Shown here: positions 50,553 through 59,933 of the stretch, piece by piece
Position numbering within the stretch: position 1 is the stretch's first letter
Layout of the letters: every line of letters starts with the position of its first letter
Assembly: GCA_965215605.1 (NCBI GenBank)
Contig: OZ244070.1
Coordinates: 3,488,001 to 3,552,000, forward strand
Direction of reading: 5' to 3'
DNA: 64,000 nt
From: an uncultured Candidatus Binatia bacterium
Lineage (GTDB): Bacteria > Desulfobacterota > Binatia > UBA9968 > JAJDTQ01
The notes under the pieces: generated by a model
What the model saw: only the letters and a program-made list of their open reading frames with translations
Databases searched by the model: none
What the model was told of the DNA's origin: nothing
Translations under genes and position numbers: made by a program

Positions 50553-50618
50553 TCGCTACAGAAGTGGCGCGGTCATGTCAAGGCACTCGTTGAGAAATGC
50601 CCGGGCCGGTGCTATGAA
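50553..50618. promoter_or_regulatory. Back-to-back divergent sigma70 promoters (TctC on -, glutaredoxin on +)
   Basis: - strand TTGACA-N17-TAGCGA (50581-50553); + strand TTGAGA-N17-TATGAA with TG extension (50590-50618). Confidence 0.55.
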
Positions 50619-50637
50619 ACCAGACACGGAGGCACAC

Positions 50638-50871
50638 ATGGCAGAATCCATCGTCCTGTTCACGCAGCCCGGTTGACCGCCTTGTCATCGAGAGAAGGAG
50701 TATCTTTCTCAAAAAGGCGTCGATTTCGTTGAGAAGAACATTCGCGAGGATCAGGAGGCCCTGAAGGACCTGCTGGCGCGAGGGTTCCAGAGCACACCCG
50801 TGGTCATCATCGACGGGGAGGCAGTGGTCGGCTTCGATCAGGAGCGGATCGACTCGCTGCTCGGGCTCTGA
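50638..50871 (+). CDS. Glutaredoxin/NrdH-like protein, predicted selenoprotein (UPPC; TGA at 50674-50676 = Sec13)
   Basis: Absent from ORF track; hand translation MAESIVLFTQPG-TGA-PPCHREKEYLSQKGVDFVEKNIREDQEALKDLLARGFQSTPVVIIDGEAVVGFDQERIDSLLGL; GGAGG RBS, cis-Pro TP motif and GFD. Confidence 0.9.
50678..50719 (+). promoter_or_regulatory. Candidate bacterial SECIS element (glutaredoxin gene)
   Basis: Lower stem CGCCUU/AAGGCG, upper stem GAGA(G)AAG/CUUUCUC, loop GAGUAU; 21 nt between the UGA and the loop. Confidence 0.7.
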
Positions 50872-50995
50872 CACGGAGGCCGCGCCCGCGGCCTCCGAAC
50901 CACAGACGACATACTCTCTTTCCGGACCATGCTCGGGGGCCATGCCTTGGTGCGCGGATGGCGCGGCTTCCCGCGCAACGGGTTCCGGATCGCCG

Positions 50996-53227
50996 CTACG
51001 GTTGTCGCCGGGCCTTCAACGCCCGGACGATTTTCTCCGGCGTGATGGGGAGGTCGTGGATGCGGACTCCGACGGCGTCGGCGACCGCGTTGGCGATGAC
51101 GGCGGGCGGCGGAATGATAGGCGGCTCGCCCACGCCCTTGGCGCCCAGCGGACCCGAGGCGCAGGGATGCTGGATCAGGTACGTCTCCACGGCCGGGGCG
51201 TCCAGCGCGCTGAAGATCTTGTAGTCCAGCAGGTTGGGATTGTCCATCTTCCCGCCGGTGAAGGTGCAGGCCTCGCTCAGCGCCTGTCCGAGCCCCTGCA
51301 TGACCCCTCCCTCGATCTGTCCCCGCACGGACAGGGGATTGACCGCCGTCCCGACATCCTGCACCGCCACGTAGCGAAGGATGCGCACGTGACCCGTCTC
51401 GGCATCCACGGCCACCTCGGCCGCGTGGGCCGCCACCGCCGGGTGGGGGACGAGCCGCGACACGGACTGCGCGCTGACGATGGGTCCGCGCTCGTGCTCC
51501 AGGGCCAGGTGGCCTACCTCGCGCATTGAGACGGAGCGTTCCGGACTGCCCTTGACGAGCACCTTGTTGTCGTCCAGCTCGAGGTCGCCGGGGTCGGCTT
51601 CAAGCTTGTCCGCGGCCACTTGCTGTATCTGCCTCTTCACTTCCCGGGCCGCCAGCAGCACCGCGCTGCCCATGCTCTTCAGGGCCTGGCTGCCGGCGCT
51701 GATGGTGGAATGGGGCGCGAAGTCGGTATCCGCGGTGCGTACGTGCACGTCGTCCAGGGACACTCCCAGCACCTCCGCGGCGATCTGCGCCAGCGAGGTG
51801 CTGGCGCCGCTCAGGTCCACCACCCCCGTGAGGATCCCGATGGTGCCGTCCTCGTTCAGCTTGACGCCGGCGCTGGACGCCATGCCGCCCACCAGCCAGT
51901 GGGCCACGGCCAACCCCCGTCCGATGTTCCCTCCGGCCGGCCTGGGCCGTTCGTTGAGGACCTCCGCCGCCTTGCGGAGCGTCTCTCTGACGTGCACGTC
52001 CTCGAGCCGGGCGCCGGCGGGTGTCTCGTCGCCGTCCTCGAACGCGTTCCGGAGACGCATCTCCACCGGGTCGATGCCCAGCTCGCGGGCGATGATGTCG
52101 ATCTGGGACTCGGAGGCGAACGTGAGCTGCGGACCGGCGGGACCGCGGTAGGCCCCGCAGGTGGGGGTGTTGGTGTAGACGCAGTAGCTGTCGATCCTGA
52201 GGTTGGGTATGCGGTAGGGGCCCGGAGCCCGCACCGCCGCCCCCTGGCTGATCATCACCCCGGAACCGGCCGAGTAGCCGGTTCCCAGCACCAGCTCGAT
52301 TTCCCGGGCGGTGATGGCGCCGTCGAGCCTGACGCCGGTCTTGTAGCGCAGATGGAACGGATGCCTGGGGTTGCTGCCCTGGAAGTCCTCGCCGCGGGTC
52401 ATGACGATGCGGACCGGCTGCCGGGCCTTGCGGGCCAGCGCCACCGCCGCCGGCTCGATGGTGGGCGAAATCTTGCCGCCGAAGCCGCCGCCGATCTCGG
52501 TGGGGATCACCCGGACCTTGGTCATGGGCATCCGCAGGATCTGCGCGATGGCGGCCCGCAGCGGGAACTGGGCCTGGGTGGGGACCCACACGGTAGCCTT
52601 GCCGGAGGCGTCGAATTGCGCCAGCACGGTATGGGGCTCGATGTAGGTCTGGTGCACCATGGGCACGTGAAAGCGGTGCTCGAAGATCCGGTCCGCCTCG
52701 GCGAAGCCGCGCTCCACGTCGCCGCGTACGATCTGCTTGTGGCCGCACACGTTGCCGCCTCGGCCCTCCACGCCCGATTGCGCCCAATAGTCGGCATGGT
52801 CCTCGTGGATCGCCGGTGCGTCCGGCGCCATGGCCTCCGGCCCCGAGGTGACCGCGGGAAGCACCTCGTAGTCCACCTCGATGAGCCGCGCGGCTTCCTC
52901 CGCGGTCTCCTCGTCCACCGCCGCCACGGCCGCGATCCGGTCGCCGACGTAGCGGACCTTGGTGCCGGCGAAGTACGCTTCGTCGCGGACAAAGTTGCCG
53001 TAACGGACGGGCGGCAGGTCGGCCGCGGTGACCACGGCCTTGACGCCCGGGAGCCGTTCGGCCTGCTCGGTGCGGATGGCGGAGATGCGGGCGTGGGGGT
53101 GGGGGCTCCGCACCATCTTGCCGTGAAGGACCCGGCCTCCCGGCGAGACGTCCGCGCCGAACACCGACTGGCCGGTCACCTTTTCGAGAATCTCGACGCG
53201 GGGTAGCTCCTGACCGACGACTTTCAT
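50996..53227 (-). CDS. Xanthine dehydrogenase family molybdopterin-binding large subunit
   Basis: VRSPHPHA, IGGGFGGK, AYRGPAG, GQIEGG, GAKGVGE. Confidence 0.93.
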   Translation of the reverse strand: MKVVGQELPRVEILEKVTGQSVFGADVSPGGRVLHGKMVRSPHPHARISAIRTEQAERLPGVKAVVTAADLPPVRYGNFVRDEAYFAGTKVRYVGDRIAAVAAVDEETAEEAARLIEVDYEVLPAVTSGPEAMAPDAPAIHEDHADYWAQSGVEGRGGNVCGHKQIVRGDVERGFAEADRIFEHRFHVPMVHQTYIEPHTVLAQFDASGKATVWVPTQAQFPLRAAIAQILRMPMTKVRVIPTEIGGGFGGKISPTIEPAAVALARKARQPVRIVMTRGEDFQGSNPRHPFHLRYKTGVRLDGAITAREIELVLGTGYSAGSGVMISQGAAVRAPGPYRIPNLRIDSYCVYTNTPTCGAYRGPAGPQLTFASESQIDIIARELGIDPVEMRLRNAFEDGDETPAGARLEDVHVRETLRKAAEVLNERPRPAGGNIGRGLAVAHWLVGGMASSAGVKLNEDGTIGILTGVVDLSGASTSLAQIAAEVLGVSLDDVHVRTADTDFAPHSTISAGSQALKSMGSAVLLAAREVKRQIQQVAADKLEADPGDLELDDNKVLVKGSPERSVSMREVGHLALEHERGPIVSAQSVSRLVPHPAVAAHAAEVAVDAETGHVRILRYVAVQDVGTAVNPLSVRGQIEGGVMQGLGQALSEACTFTGGKMDNPNLLDYKIFSALDAPAVETYLIQHPCASGPLGAKGVGEPPIIPPPAVIANAVADAVGVRIHDLPITPEKIVRALKARRQP

Positions 53228-53700
53228 GATTCCTTCGCCGCCTCCATGACCGCCTGGATGATGGTGCCGTAGCCGGTGCAGCGGCACAGGTTGCCGGCAA
53301 TGCCGTGGGAGACCTCCTCGCGCGTGGGCGAGGGGTTCCGGTCCAGCAGGGACTTGCAGGCCATGAGCATGCCCGGAGTGCAGTAGCCGCATTGGGCCGC
53401 GCCCGCGCCCGCGAACGTCCGCTGCAGCGGGTGCAGCTCCTCGCCCTCCGCCAGCCCCTCCACGGTCTCGACGCTCCGTCCGTCCGCTTCCGCGGCGAAG
53501 ATCAGGCAGGCGTCCACGAGCCGGCCGTCCAGGGTCACCGAGCAGGCACCGCATTCTCCTTCGCTGCAACCCTCCTTGGTACCGGTGAGCCCCAGGTCGT
53601 CGCGCAGGAAGTCCAGCAGCGAGCGCGTGGCGGGCACTTCCTCCCGGAAGGACTCGCCGTTCACGGTTACCGTGATCCGGATGCGTTCCGCGGTCATCAT
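53224..53700 (-). CDS. (2Fe-2S)-binding small subunit (CoxS-like)
   Basis: GCSEGECGAC, QCGYCTPG, GNLCRCTGY. Confidence 0.93.
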   Translation of the reverse strand: MMTAERIRITVTVNGESFREEVPATRSLLDFLRDDLGLTGTKEGCSEGECGACSVTLDGRLVDACLIFAAEADGRSVETVEGLAEGEELHPLQRTFAGAGAAQCGYCTPGMLMACKSLLDRNPSPTREEVSHGIAGNLCRCTGYGTIIQAVMEAAKES

Positions 53701-54557
53701 GTCTCGCCTCGCGCGCGTTGAAACGCGCTCTCGACGGCCCGCCGCGTGAGCACCCGGACCATATCCCTCCGATAGCCGGCACTGGCGCGGACGTCGTCGA
53801 TGGGCCGGGCGTCATTGGCGGCGCATTCCGCCACTTCCGCGACGGCGTCTGCGTCGAAGCGGCGGCCTTGGAGACAGTCTTCGGCCGACGCTGCCCGGAG
53901 CGGCGTGGGCCCCACGGCCCCCAGCGCGATGCGCGCGTCCTCGATGATGCCGTCCTCGTCCAGCCGCACGAACGCCGCGCAGTTGACCACCGCGATGTCC
54001 ATGGCGGTGCGGACGCAGCGTTGAAACGAGCTGCCGGCGCGGCCGTGCATGGCGGGGATGTGGACTGACGTCAGGATCTCGCCGATTTCCAGGGCAGTCC
54101 TGCCGGGGCCGAGGAACAGTTGCTCCATGGCCAGCTCCCGGGTTCCGTCCACACGGCGGGCTTCCGCGGTCGCGCCGAGCGCCAGCAGTGGCGTCGCGGT
54201 GTCGGCGGCCGGGGAGGCGTTGGCGAGATTGCCGCCGATGGTGGCGCGGTTGCGGGTCTGGATCGAGCCCACCACTCTCGCGGAATCGGCCAGGGCGCGG
54301 TAGCGGTTGACGATGAGGGAAGAGGCAGCCAGGGTCTCCATCAGGGCCAGGGCGCCGATGCGAATCCCGCCGTCCGAAGGCTCGACCCCATCCATGCCGG
54401 GGATCCGCTTGAGGTCGACCACGGCCTCCGGCTGCGTCTGCCGGCGCTCCATCCTGAGAAAAAGATCCGTCCCTCCGGCCAAGGGAACGGTCTCAGGGTT
54501 CAGCAAGGAAAGGGCCTCTTCGAGGCGGCGCGGAGCGAGGTATCGAAAATGCCTCAT
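53697..54557 (-). CDS. Xanthine dehydrogenase/CoxM-family FAD-binding subunit
   Basis: LAGGTDL, RNRATIGGNLANASPAAD, PIDDVRAS; start may be 54572. Confidence 0.92.
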   Translation of the reverse strand: MRHFRYLAPRRLEEALSLLNPETVPLAGGTDLFLRMERRQTQPEAVVDLKRIPGMDGVEPSDGGIRIGALALMETLAASSLIVNRYRALADSARVVGSIQTRNRATIGGNLANASPAADTATPLLALGATAEARRVDGTRELAMEQLFLGPGRTALEIGEILTSVHIPAMHGRAGSSFQRCVRTAMDIAVVNCAAFVRLDEDGIIEDARIALGAVGPTPLRAASAEDCLQGRRFDADAVAEVAECAANDARPIDDVRASAGYRRDMVRVLTRRAVESAFQRARGET

Positions 54558-54760
54558 GGTTTCGGCGGTCATTCATGGCACTTTTTCACGGCGGATGCAA
54601 TTCAGCGGGAGGTGAGAGCCGAGAACCGGGGCGCACGGGTTTCGATCGCTTTTCCGGGAAGCTGGCTCCGCGGAGGGCCTGCCTTGGCGGAGGGGGACCA
54701 TTCTTGATAGCCTCCAGGGTATCAGGACGCGTCGACTCAAAAGGAGGCATAAGAGGATAA

Positions 54761-55321
54761 ATGAACATTGCCACCAACTTCCGGAACAAGGGCTCGGTCG
54801 GGAATGCACTCTGGTACGCGGTTCCCCTTTTGCTGTTCTGCATCCCGACAGCGGCCTACGCGGCGCCGCCTGACCTGCAGACGCCGGCGCCGGTGATCTA
54901 CCTGGCGGACAATCTCGACGAGCAGGACAAGCTGGGGTGGTGCATCGATACCGTGGGGCGGGGGTTCGGTGAGAGGCTGCACGCGCACTCCTGCAAGCCG
55001 CGGGGCGGGGACGTGCAGTTCCGCTACGACAAGGACCCGCGGCGCATCACTTCGGCCACCTTCTCCGGCAAGTGCGCCACGCTGACGTCGCCGGCCGCCG
55101 CGGGCGTTTCCCTCGGGTTGGTGGATTGCTCGAAGGACTCGGCCGCCCAGGACTTCGACTACGACGGCGAGACGATGGAGTTCCGTCCCGGGGCCGACCG
55201 GGCCCTTTGTCTCGTGGCGGGCGCCGCAAGCAGGAGCGCGGGGCCGTTCATGTCCCGTAGTCTGGAGCTGGCTCCGTGCGCTGCCACCGACGCGGCGCGA
55301 AAGCAGTGGCGTATCAAGTGA
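54761..55321 (+). CDS. Secreted ricin-B-type (beta-trefoil) lectin-like protein
   Basis: Signal peptide (AYA), three Cys-pair/QxF-W repeats: WCID..SC..QF, KC..DC..QDF, LCL..PC..QW. Confidence 0.7.
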   Translation: MNIATNFRNKGSVGNALWYAVPLLLFCIPTAAYAAPPDLQTPAPVIYLADNLDEQDKLGWCIDTVGRGFGERLHAHSCKPRGGDVQFRYDKDPRRITSATFSGKCATLTSPAAAGVSLGLVDCSKDSAAQDFDYDGETMEFRPGADRALCLVAGAASRSAGPFMSRSLELAPCAATDAARKQWRIK

Positions 55322-55355
55322 GGCGGCGCTTGGCGCCGCGGGCCGTTGGGGGACC

Positions 55356-56405
55356 ATGACCGAATCGAGGACCGGAATCGGCGGGCGCGGGAGCAGCTAC
55401 AACCCCCGGAACCGTTTCGAACCCCTCGCCTTCGTGCCGGACGGCGCCGCCGCGGGACCCTCCACCCGATTGCTGAAGGATACGTCCCGGTCCATCATCG
55501 CCTACAACGACAGCCCCGACGTGGGCTTCGAGGCCAGCGTCAATCCGTACCGGGGTTGCGAGCACGGCTGCATCTACTGCTACGCCCGTCCCACCCACGA
55601 GTACCTGGGCTTCTCCGCCGGCCTGGACTTCGAGTCCAGGATCCTGGTGAAGGAGGAGGCGCCGGAGCTTCTGAAGAAGGAGCTGGCGTCGCCGCGATGG
55701 AAACCCCAGGTGATCGCGTTGTGCGGCGTCACCGATCCGTATCAGCCCGTGGAGCGGCGCCTCGAGCTCACCCGGGGTTGCCTGAAAGTGCTCGCGGAGT
55801 ACCGGAACCCGGCGGCCGTCGTCACCAAGAACCATCTGGTGACGCGGGACGCGGACCTGCTACGGGAACTGGCGGCCCGGGACGCGGCCGTGGTGTTCAT
55901 CTCGGTGACCACCCTGGACGGGGACCTCTGCGGCCGCATGGAGCCACGGGCCTCTCAGCCTGGTTTGCGCCTCGACGCCATCCGCGCCTTGAGCGAGGCG
56001 GGCATCCCGGTGGGCGTTCTGGTGGCGCCGGTCATCCCCGCCTTGACGGACCATGAGATGCCGGCGATCCTGGCCGCCGCAGCGGAAGCCGGCGCGGGTT
56101 GTGCCGGCTACTCGCTACTTCGCCTTCCGTTCGCCGTCAAGGACCTGTTCGGGCAATGGCTGGAAGAGCACTTCCCCGACCGCAAGGAGAAGGTGCTGAA
56201 CCGCATCAGGGAGGTCCGCGGCGGAAGGCTCAACGACTCCGGCTTCAAGACCCGCATGAAGGGGCAGGGGATCTTCGCCGAGCAGGTGGATTCGCTTTTC
56301 CAGGCCAGTTGCCGGAAGCTGGGGCTGACTCGCCGGTCATGGAATCTGTCGGCGGCTTCGTTCCGGGTCCGAACCGATCAGTTGTCGCTGTTCAGCGATG
56401 ACTGA
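55356..56405 (+). CDS. Radical SAM protein, PA0069/SPL-like family
   Basis: NPYRGCEHGCIYCYAR, TDPYQP, VTK, MEP, APVIP; C-terminal QLSLF. Confidence 0.92.
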   Translation: MTESRTGIGGRGSSYNPRNRFEPLAFVPDGAAAGPSTRLLKDTSRSIIAYNDSPDVGFEASVNPYRGCEHGCIYCYARPTHEYLGFSAGLDFESRILVKEEAPELLKKELASPRWKPQVIALCGVTDPYQPVERRLELTRGCLKVLAEYRNPAAVVTKNHLVTRDADLLRELAARDAAVVFISVTTLDGDLCGRMEPRASQPGLRLDAIRALSEAGIPVGVLVAPVIPALTDHEMPAILAAAAEAGAGCAGYSLLRLPFAVKDLFGQWLEEHFPDRKEKVLNRIREVRGGRLNDSGFKTRMKGQGIFAEQVDSLFQASCRKLGLTRRSWNLSAASFRVRTDQLSLFSDD

Positions 56406-56486
56406 CGACCGGAGTGGTATGCCGGGGGGATCGCTTCCACCGGCACGCTTGGCGCGGTTTGCTCCACGGGCGGCGTGGACGCCGGC

Positions 56487-57251
56487 TCAGGGCATCAACT
56501 CGCCGCCGTTCACACCCACCACCTGCCCGGTCATGTAGCTGCTGGCCGGGCTCAGCAGGAACACCGCCAGGTCGGCTACCTCGCTCGGCTCGCCCAGCCG
56601 TCCCATGGGGACGATCCTGGAGCGGTCCGTCTTGCGCTTCTCAAGCGCCTCGCCGGTGAGCCCGCGGCGCCACATGGGCGTGTCGATGGGCCCCGGCGCC
56701 AGCGCGTTGATGCGGATGCCGTGCTCGGCCACCTCGCGGGCCACAGCCTTGGTGAGGGCCGCGATGCCGGCCTTGGCCGCGGAGTAGTGGGACGCCCACT
56801 CCTGGCCCTTGAGCCCGTGCATGGAGGACAGGCTGGCGATGACGCCGAAGCGCGCCTCCATCATCAGCGGCAGCGCCGCGCGTATGCAGTAGAAGGTGCC
56901 GTTCAGATGGACGTCGATCATGCGGGCCCAGTCCGAGTCGCTGATCTCGTGCGCGGGTTTCTGCTGCGAGATCCCGGCCACGTTCATGAGATAGGCCAAG
57001 CTGCCGAACTCGCGGTGGGCCTTGGCGATGGCGTCATTGACCCGATCCGAACGGGTGACGTCCAGCTCCAGGGGCAGGGCGGTACCGCCGTTCGCGGTGA
57101 TGCGCGAGGCCGTCCCCTCCGCCTTGGCCGCGTCCACGTCCGCCACGGCGACTTTGACTCCCTGTTCCCCGAGCTTGAGCGCGATGGCCTGTCCGATTCC
57201 GCTGCCGCCGCCGGTGACGAATGCGCTGTCGCGCTCCATATCCCACTGCAT
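56487..57251 (-). CDS. SDR family NAD(P)-dependent oxidoreductase
   Basis: TGGGSGIG, NVAG, YSAAK, PGPIDT, VNGG. Confidence 0.92.
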   Translation of the reverse strand: MQWDMERDSAFVTGGGSGIGQAIALKLGEQGVKVAVADVDAAKAEGTASRITANGGTALPLELDVTRSDRVNDAIAKAHREFGSLAYLMNVAGISQQKPAHEISDSDWARMIDVHLNGTFYCIRAALPLMMEARFGVIASLSSMHGLKGQEWASHYSAAKAGIAALTKAVAREVAEHGIRINALAPGPIDTPMWRRGLTGEALEKRKTDRSRIVPMGRLGEPSEVADLAVFLLSPASSYMTGQVVGVNGGELMP

Positions 57252-57398
57252 GACCACCTCCCGTGTTCGTTTGGTTGAGCCGTGGAAACTAACACTTGCC
57301 CAGAGAAGGGGTCAAACGTGCCGTTCTCATGGGTTCGGTCGCGCCTCCCGGGCCGATCTGGTAAACATCACGTCACCCAAATCAAAGGGAGGTTTCCA

Positions 57399-58337
57399 GT
57401 GGAGTATCGCCAGCTTGGAACGTCGGGGGTCCGCGTTTCCGCCATCGGCCTCGGGACCAATCGATTCGGCTCGCCGGCCGTGCCGCAGGATGCGGTGACC
57501 GCCGTCATCGACGCGGCCGCGGACCTCGGCATCAACTTCATCGACACCTCCAACAGCTACCAGGGGGGCCGTTCCGAGGAAACGCTGGGCAATGCCCTGA
57601 AGGGGCGCCGAGATCGTTTCGTGGTGGCCACCAAGTTCTTTTTCCCGACGGGCGAGGGCGCCAACGACCGCGGCACGTCGCGCTACCATCTCATGAACGC
57701 CGTCGAGGGGAGTCTCCGCCGGCTCCGGACCGACCACATCGATGTCTACTACATCCACCGCTGGGACGACGCGACTCCCATAGACGAGACCCTGCGGGCG
57801 CTGGACGACCTGATCCGGCAGGGGAAGGTGCGGTACATCGGCGGGTCGGATTTCGCGTCGTGGCAACTGGCCCATGCCAACGTCCTGGCCGAATTTCGAG
57901 GCTGGACGGCCTTCGCCGTGATGCAGTCCCATTACCACATGCTGGAAAGAGACGTGGAGCGGGAGGTGCTTCCCTATTGCCGGGCCCACGGCGTGGGGTT
58001 CGTGCCCTATTTTCCGTTGGCCGGCGGATTCCTGACCGGAAAGTACGTCAGGGGCGAGAAACCGCCGCCCGGCTCACGCGGCGAGAGCGCTCCCTATGTG
58101 CAGAAGTACATGACCGATGCCAACTACGACGTGGTGGAGCGCCTGAGGGCATGGGCCGAGGCCCGGGGACGGAAGATGAACGAGTTGGCGCAGTGCTGGC
58201 TGTTGGCCCAGCCGCGGGTCTGTTCGGTCATCTCCGGCGCCACCCGTCTGGCACAGGTCCGGGACAACGCCAAGGCGGCGGAATGGGAGCTGACGTCCTC
58301 GGAACTGGCCGAGGTCGACGAGTTGCTGGGAGTGTAG
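57399..58337 (+). CDS. Aldo/keto reductase
   Basis: IGLGT, FIDTSNSY, VATK, SLRRLRTDHIDVYYIH, GKVRYIG, PLAGG; GGGAGG RBS before GTG. Confidence 0.93.
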   Translation: MEYRQLGTSGVRVSAIGLGTNRFGSPAVPQDAVTAVIDAAADLGINFIDTSNSYQGGRSEETLGNALKGRRDRFVVATKFFFPTGEGANDRGTSRYHLMNAVEGSLRRLRTDHIDVYYIHRWDDATPIDETLRALDDLIRQGKVRYIGGSDFASWQLAHANVLAEFRGWTAFAVMQSHYHMLERDVEREVLPYCRAHGVGFVPYFPLAGGFLTGKYVRGEKPPPGSRGESAPYVQKYMTDANYDVVERLRAWAEARGRKMNELAQCWLLAQPRVCSVISGATRLAQVRDNAKAAEWELTSSELAEVDELLGV

Positions 58338-58364
58338 GGAGCGGCAGCGGCGGGCCGCCGCTTG

Positions 58365-58844
58365 TCAGTGCAGGATGCGCACGGCGGGTTTGAGTTCGAT
58401 GACCTCCGCTTCAACCGGGTCCTCGGCCGTCGCGTCGCGCTTTCTTTTCTGAAAGGCTTCGTTCAGCAACAGCACCACCATCCGCCACAGCTCCTGTTTC
58501 TCCACCGGGGCGTGGAGGAAGAGATCGACCCCGGCGGCCAGGCCTCTGCTGTGGTCATGCATGAGGTGACCCGACAGCATCAGGATGATCGGCGTATGCT
58601 GGTGCGCGTCCAGCCTGCGAATGGCGCGGCAGAGATCGAAGCCGTTGAGGGGCCCCTTCAGAAAGCCGTTCACGAGGAAAAGCTGCACGTCCTGTTCCGC
58701 GGTGATTGCCAGCGCCTTGCGCCCCTCCGCGACGCGGATCACCTCGACCGCGTACGACAGCTCTTGTAGATGCCGTGAAAGTATCGTCGCGTGACTGGTG
58801 TAACTGTCCGCTATCAGAATCCTGGGTCGTTCGCTTCGTCTCAT
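58365..58844 (-). CDS. Single-domain response-regulator-like (pseudo-receiver) protein
   Basis: RILIAD...LNGFDLCRAIR...TPIILM...GLAAGVDLFLHAP; receiver-fold pattern with non-canonical residues. Confidence 0.7.
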   Translation of the reverse strand: MRRSERPRILIADSYTSHATILSRHLQELSYAVEVIRVAEGRKALAITAEQDVQLFLVNGFLKGPLNGFDLCRAIRRLDAHQHTPIILMLSGHLMHDHSRGLAAGVDLFLHAPVEKQELWRMVVLLLNEAFQKRKRDATAEDPVEAEVIELKPAVRILH

Positions 58845-59076
58845 GGGCTCCTCTTGGTCACCGCACCGGGGATGGGCGTCTCCGGTCAAGGCAGTTTCGA
58901 ATCTGTCCGAGTCGCACGGTTTCCCCTCCTCTCACGGGCCCGAATGCCGCATTCAATTATGCCATTCGAGCAGAGTCAAGACCTGCGCGGGTAAATTTTT
59001 GCGGCCGACGTTTTTATGCTTCGTGGGTGGGTTTGCCGTGGGGCCGACGCGAACGAATCGACCGCGCGCATGTCCC

Positions 59077-59898
59077 TCACGAATCGCGGCCGATTCGTCT
59101 CAGGAAGGTCCTTACGGCGGCGTGGGCGGCTTCCGGATTCGCGAAGAAATAGCTGTGCCGTTCTCCCGGCAGCACCACGAGCTCGGCCCCCGGTATGCCG
59201 TTTTCCAGGATCTCCGAGGAGGTGCGGTGGTTCATGTCGCTGGTGACGTTGCGGTCGTCGTCTCCGACGAGAATCAGGGTAGGGGTGCGGGTCTCGCCGA
59301 GGCGGCTGCTGGTGTCGTGGCCCTGTCTTGCCAGCAGATGGCGGAAGTAGAACTCCACCGGTCCCATGTTGGCCATGCGGACACGCAGGTAGTTCTCCAC
59401 CCGGTCTGGGTGCCGGGCGGCGAACTCGTCGGTGAAGCCCACCAGGATGGAGTGGTCGCGGACGTATTTCTCGTAGCCCCATTCCACCATCTCGGTGGCG
59501 ATCTTCAGGGGGATGCCCTTGGTGTCGGGAAACGACGCCCCGGTGGAGGCCAGGATCAAGGCCTTGATCCGCGAGGGATGGTCCAGGGCCATGAGCTGGG
59601 CCACCCGGCCTCCCATCGAGTGGCCGCAGACGATGGCTTCGGGAGCCTCCAGATGGTCCAGCAACGCCATGGCGTCGTCGGCGAACATCTGCGTCGTGTA
59701 CGGGATGGACGGCTTTCCGGACTGGCCGGTGCCGCGGTAGTCCATGGTGATGACCCGGTGGTCCCGGGAGAACTCAGGCACCTGGTGGATCTTCCACACC
59801 TCTCCGTCGCAGTGGGTCTCGCTGAGGAACAGAAGGGGCTCTCCTTCACCGTGGACTTCGTAGTACAGTTCGATGTCGTTGACGCGAAGCAAGGGCAT
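59077..59898 (-). CDS. Alpha/beta hydrolase
   Basis: YYEVHGEG, DYRGTGQS, GHSMGG, PTLILVGDDD, terminal His. Confidence 0.9.
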   Translation of the reverse strand: MPLLRVNDIELYYEVHGEGEPLLFLSETHCDGEVWKIHQVPEFSRDHRVITMDYRGTGQSGKPSIPYTTQMFADDAMALLDHLEAPEAIVCGHSMGGRVAQLMALDHPSRIKALILASTGASFPDTKGIPLKIATEMVEWGYEKYVRDHSILVGFTDEFAARHPDRVENYLRVRMANMGPVEFYFRHLLARQGHDTSSRLGETRTPTLILVGDDDRNVTSDMNHRTSSEILENGIPGAELVVLPGERHSYFFANPEAAHAAVRTFLRRIGRDS

Positions 59899-59933
59899 GG
59901 GACCTCCTGAAGTTCAGGCGTGGCAGGCGGCGG

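Noticed and set aside
50578-50943. 121-aa minus-strand ORF from the track
   Set aside because: It is antisense to the much better supported Sec-glutaredoxin.
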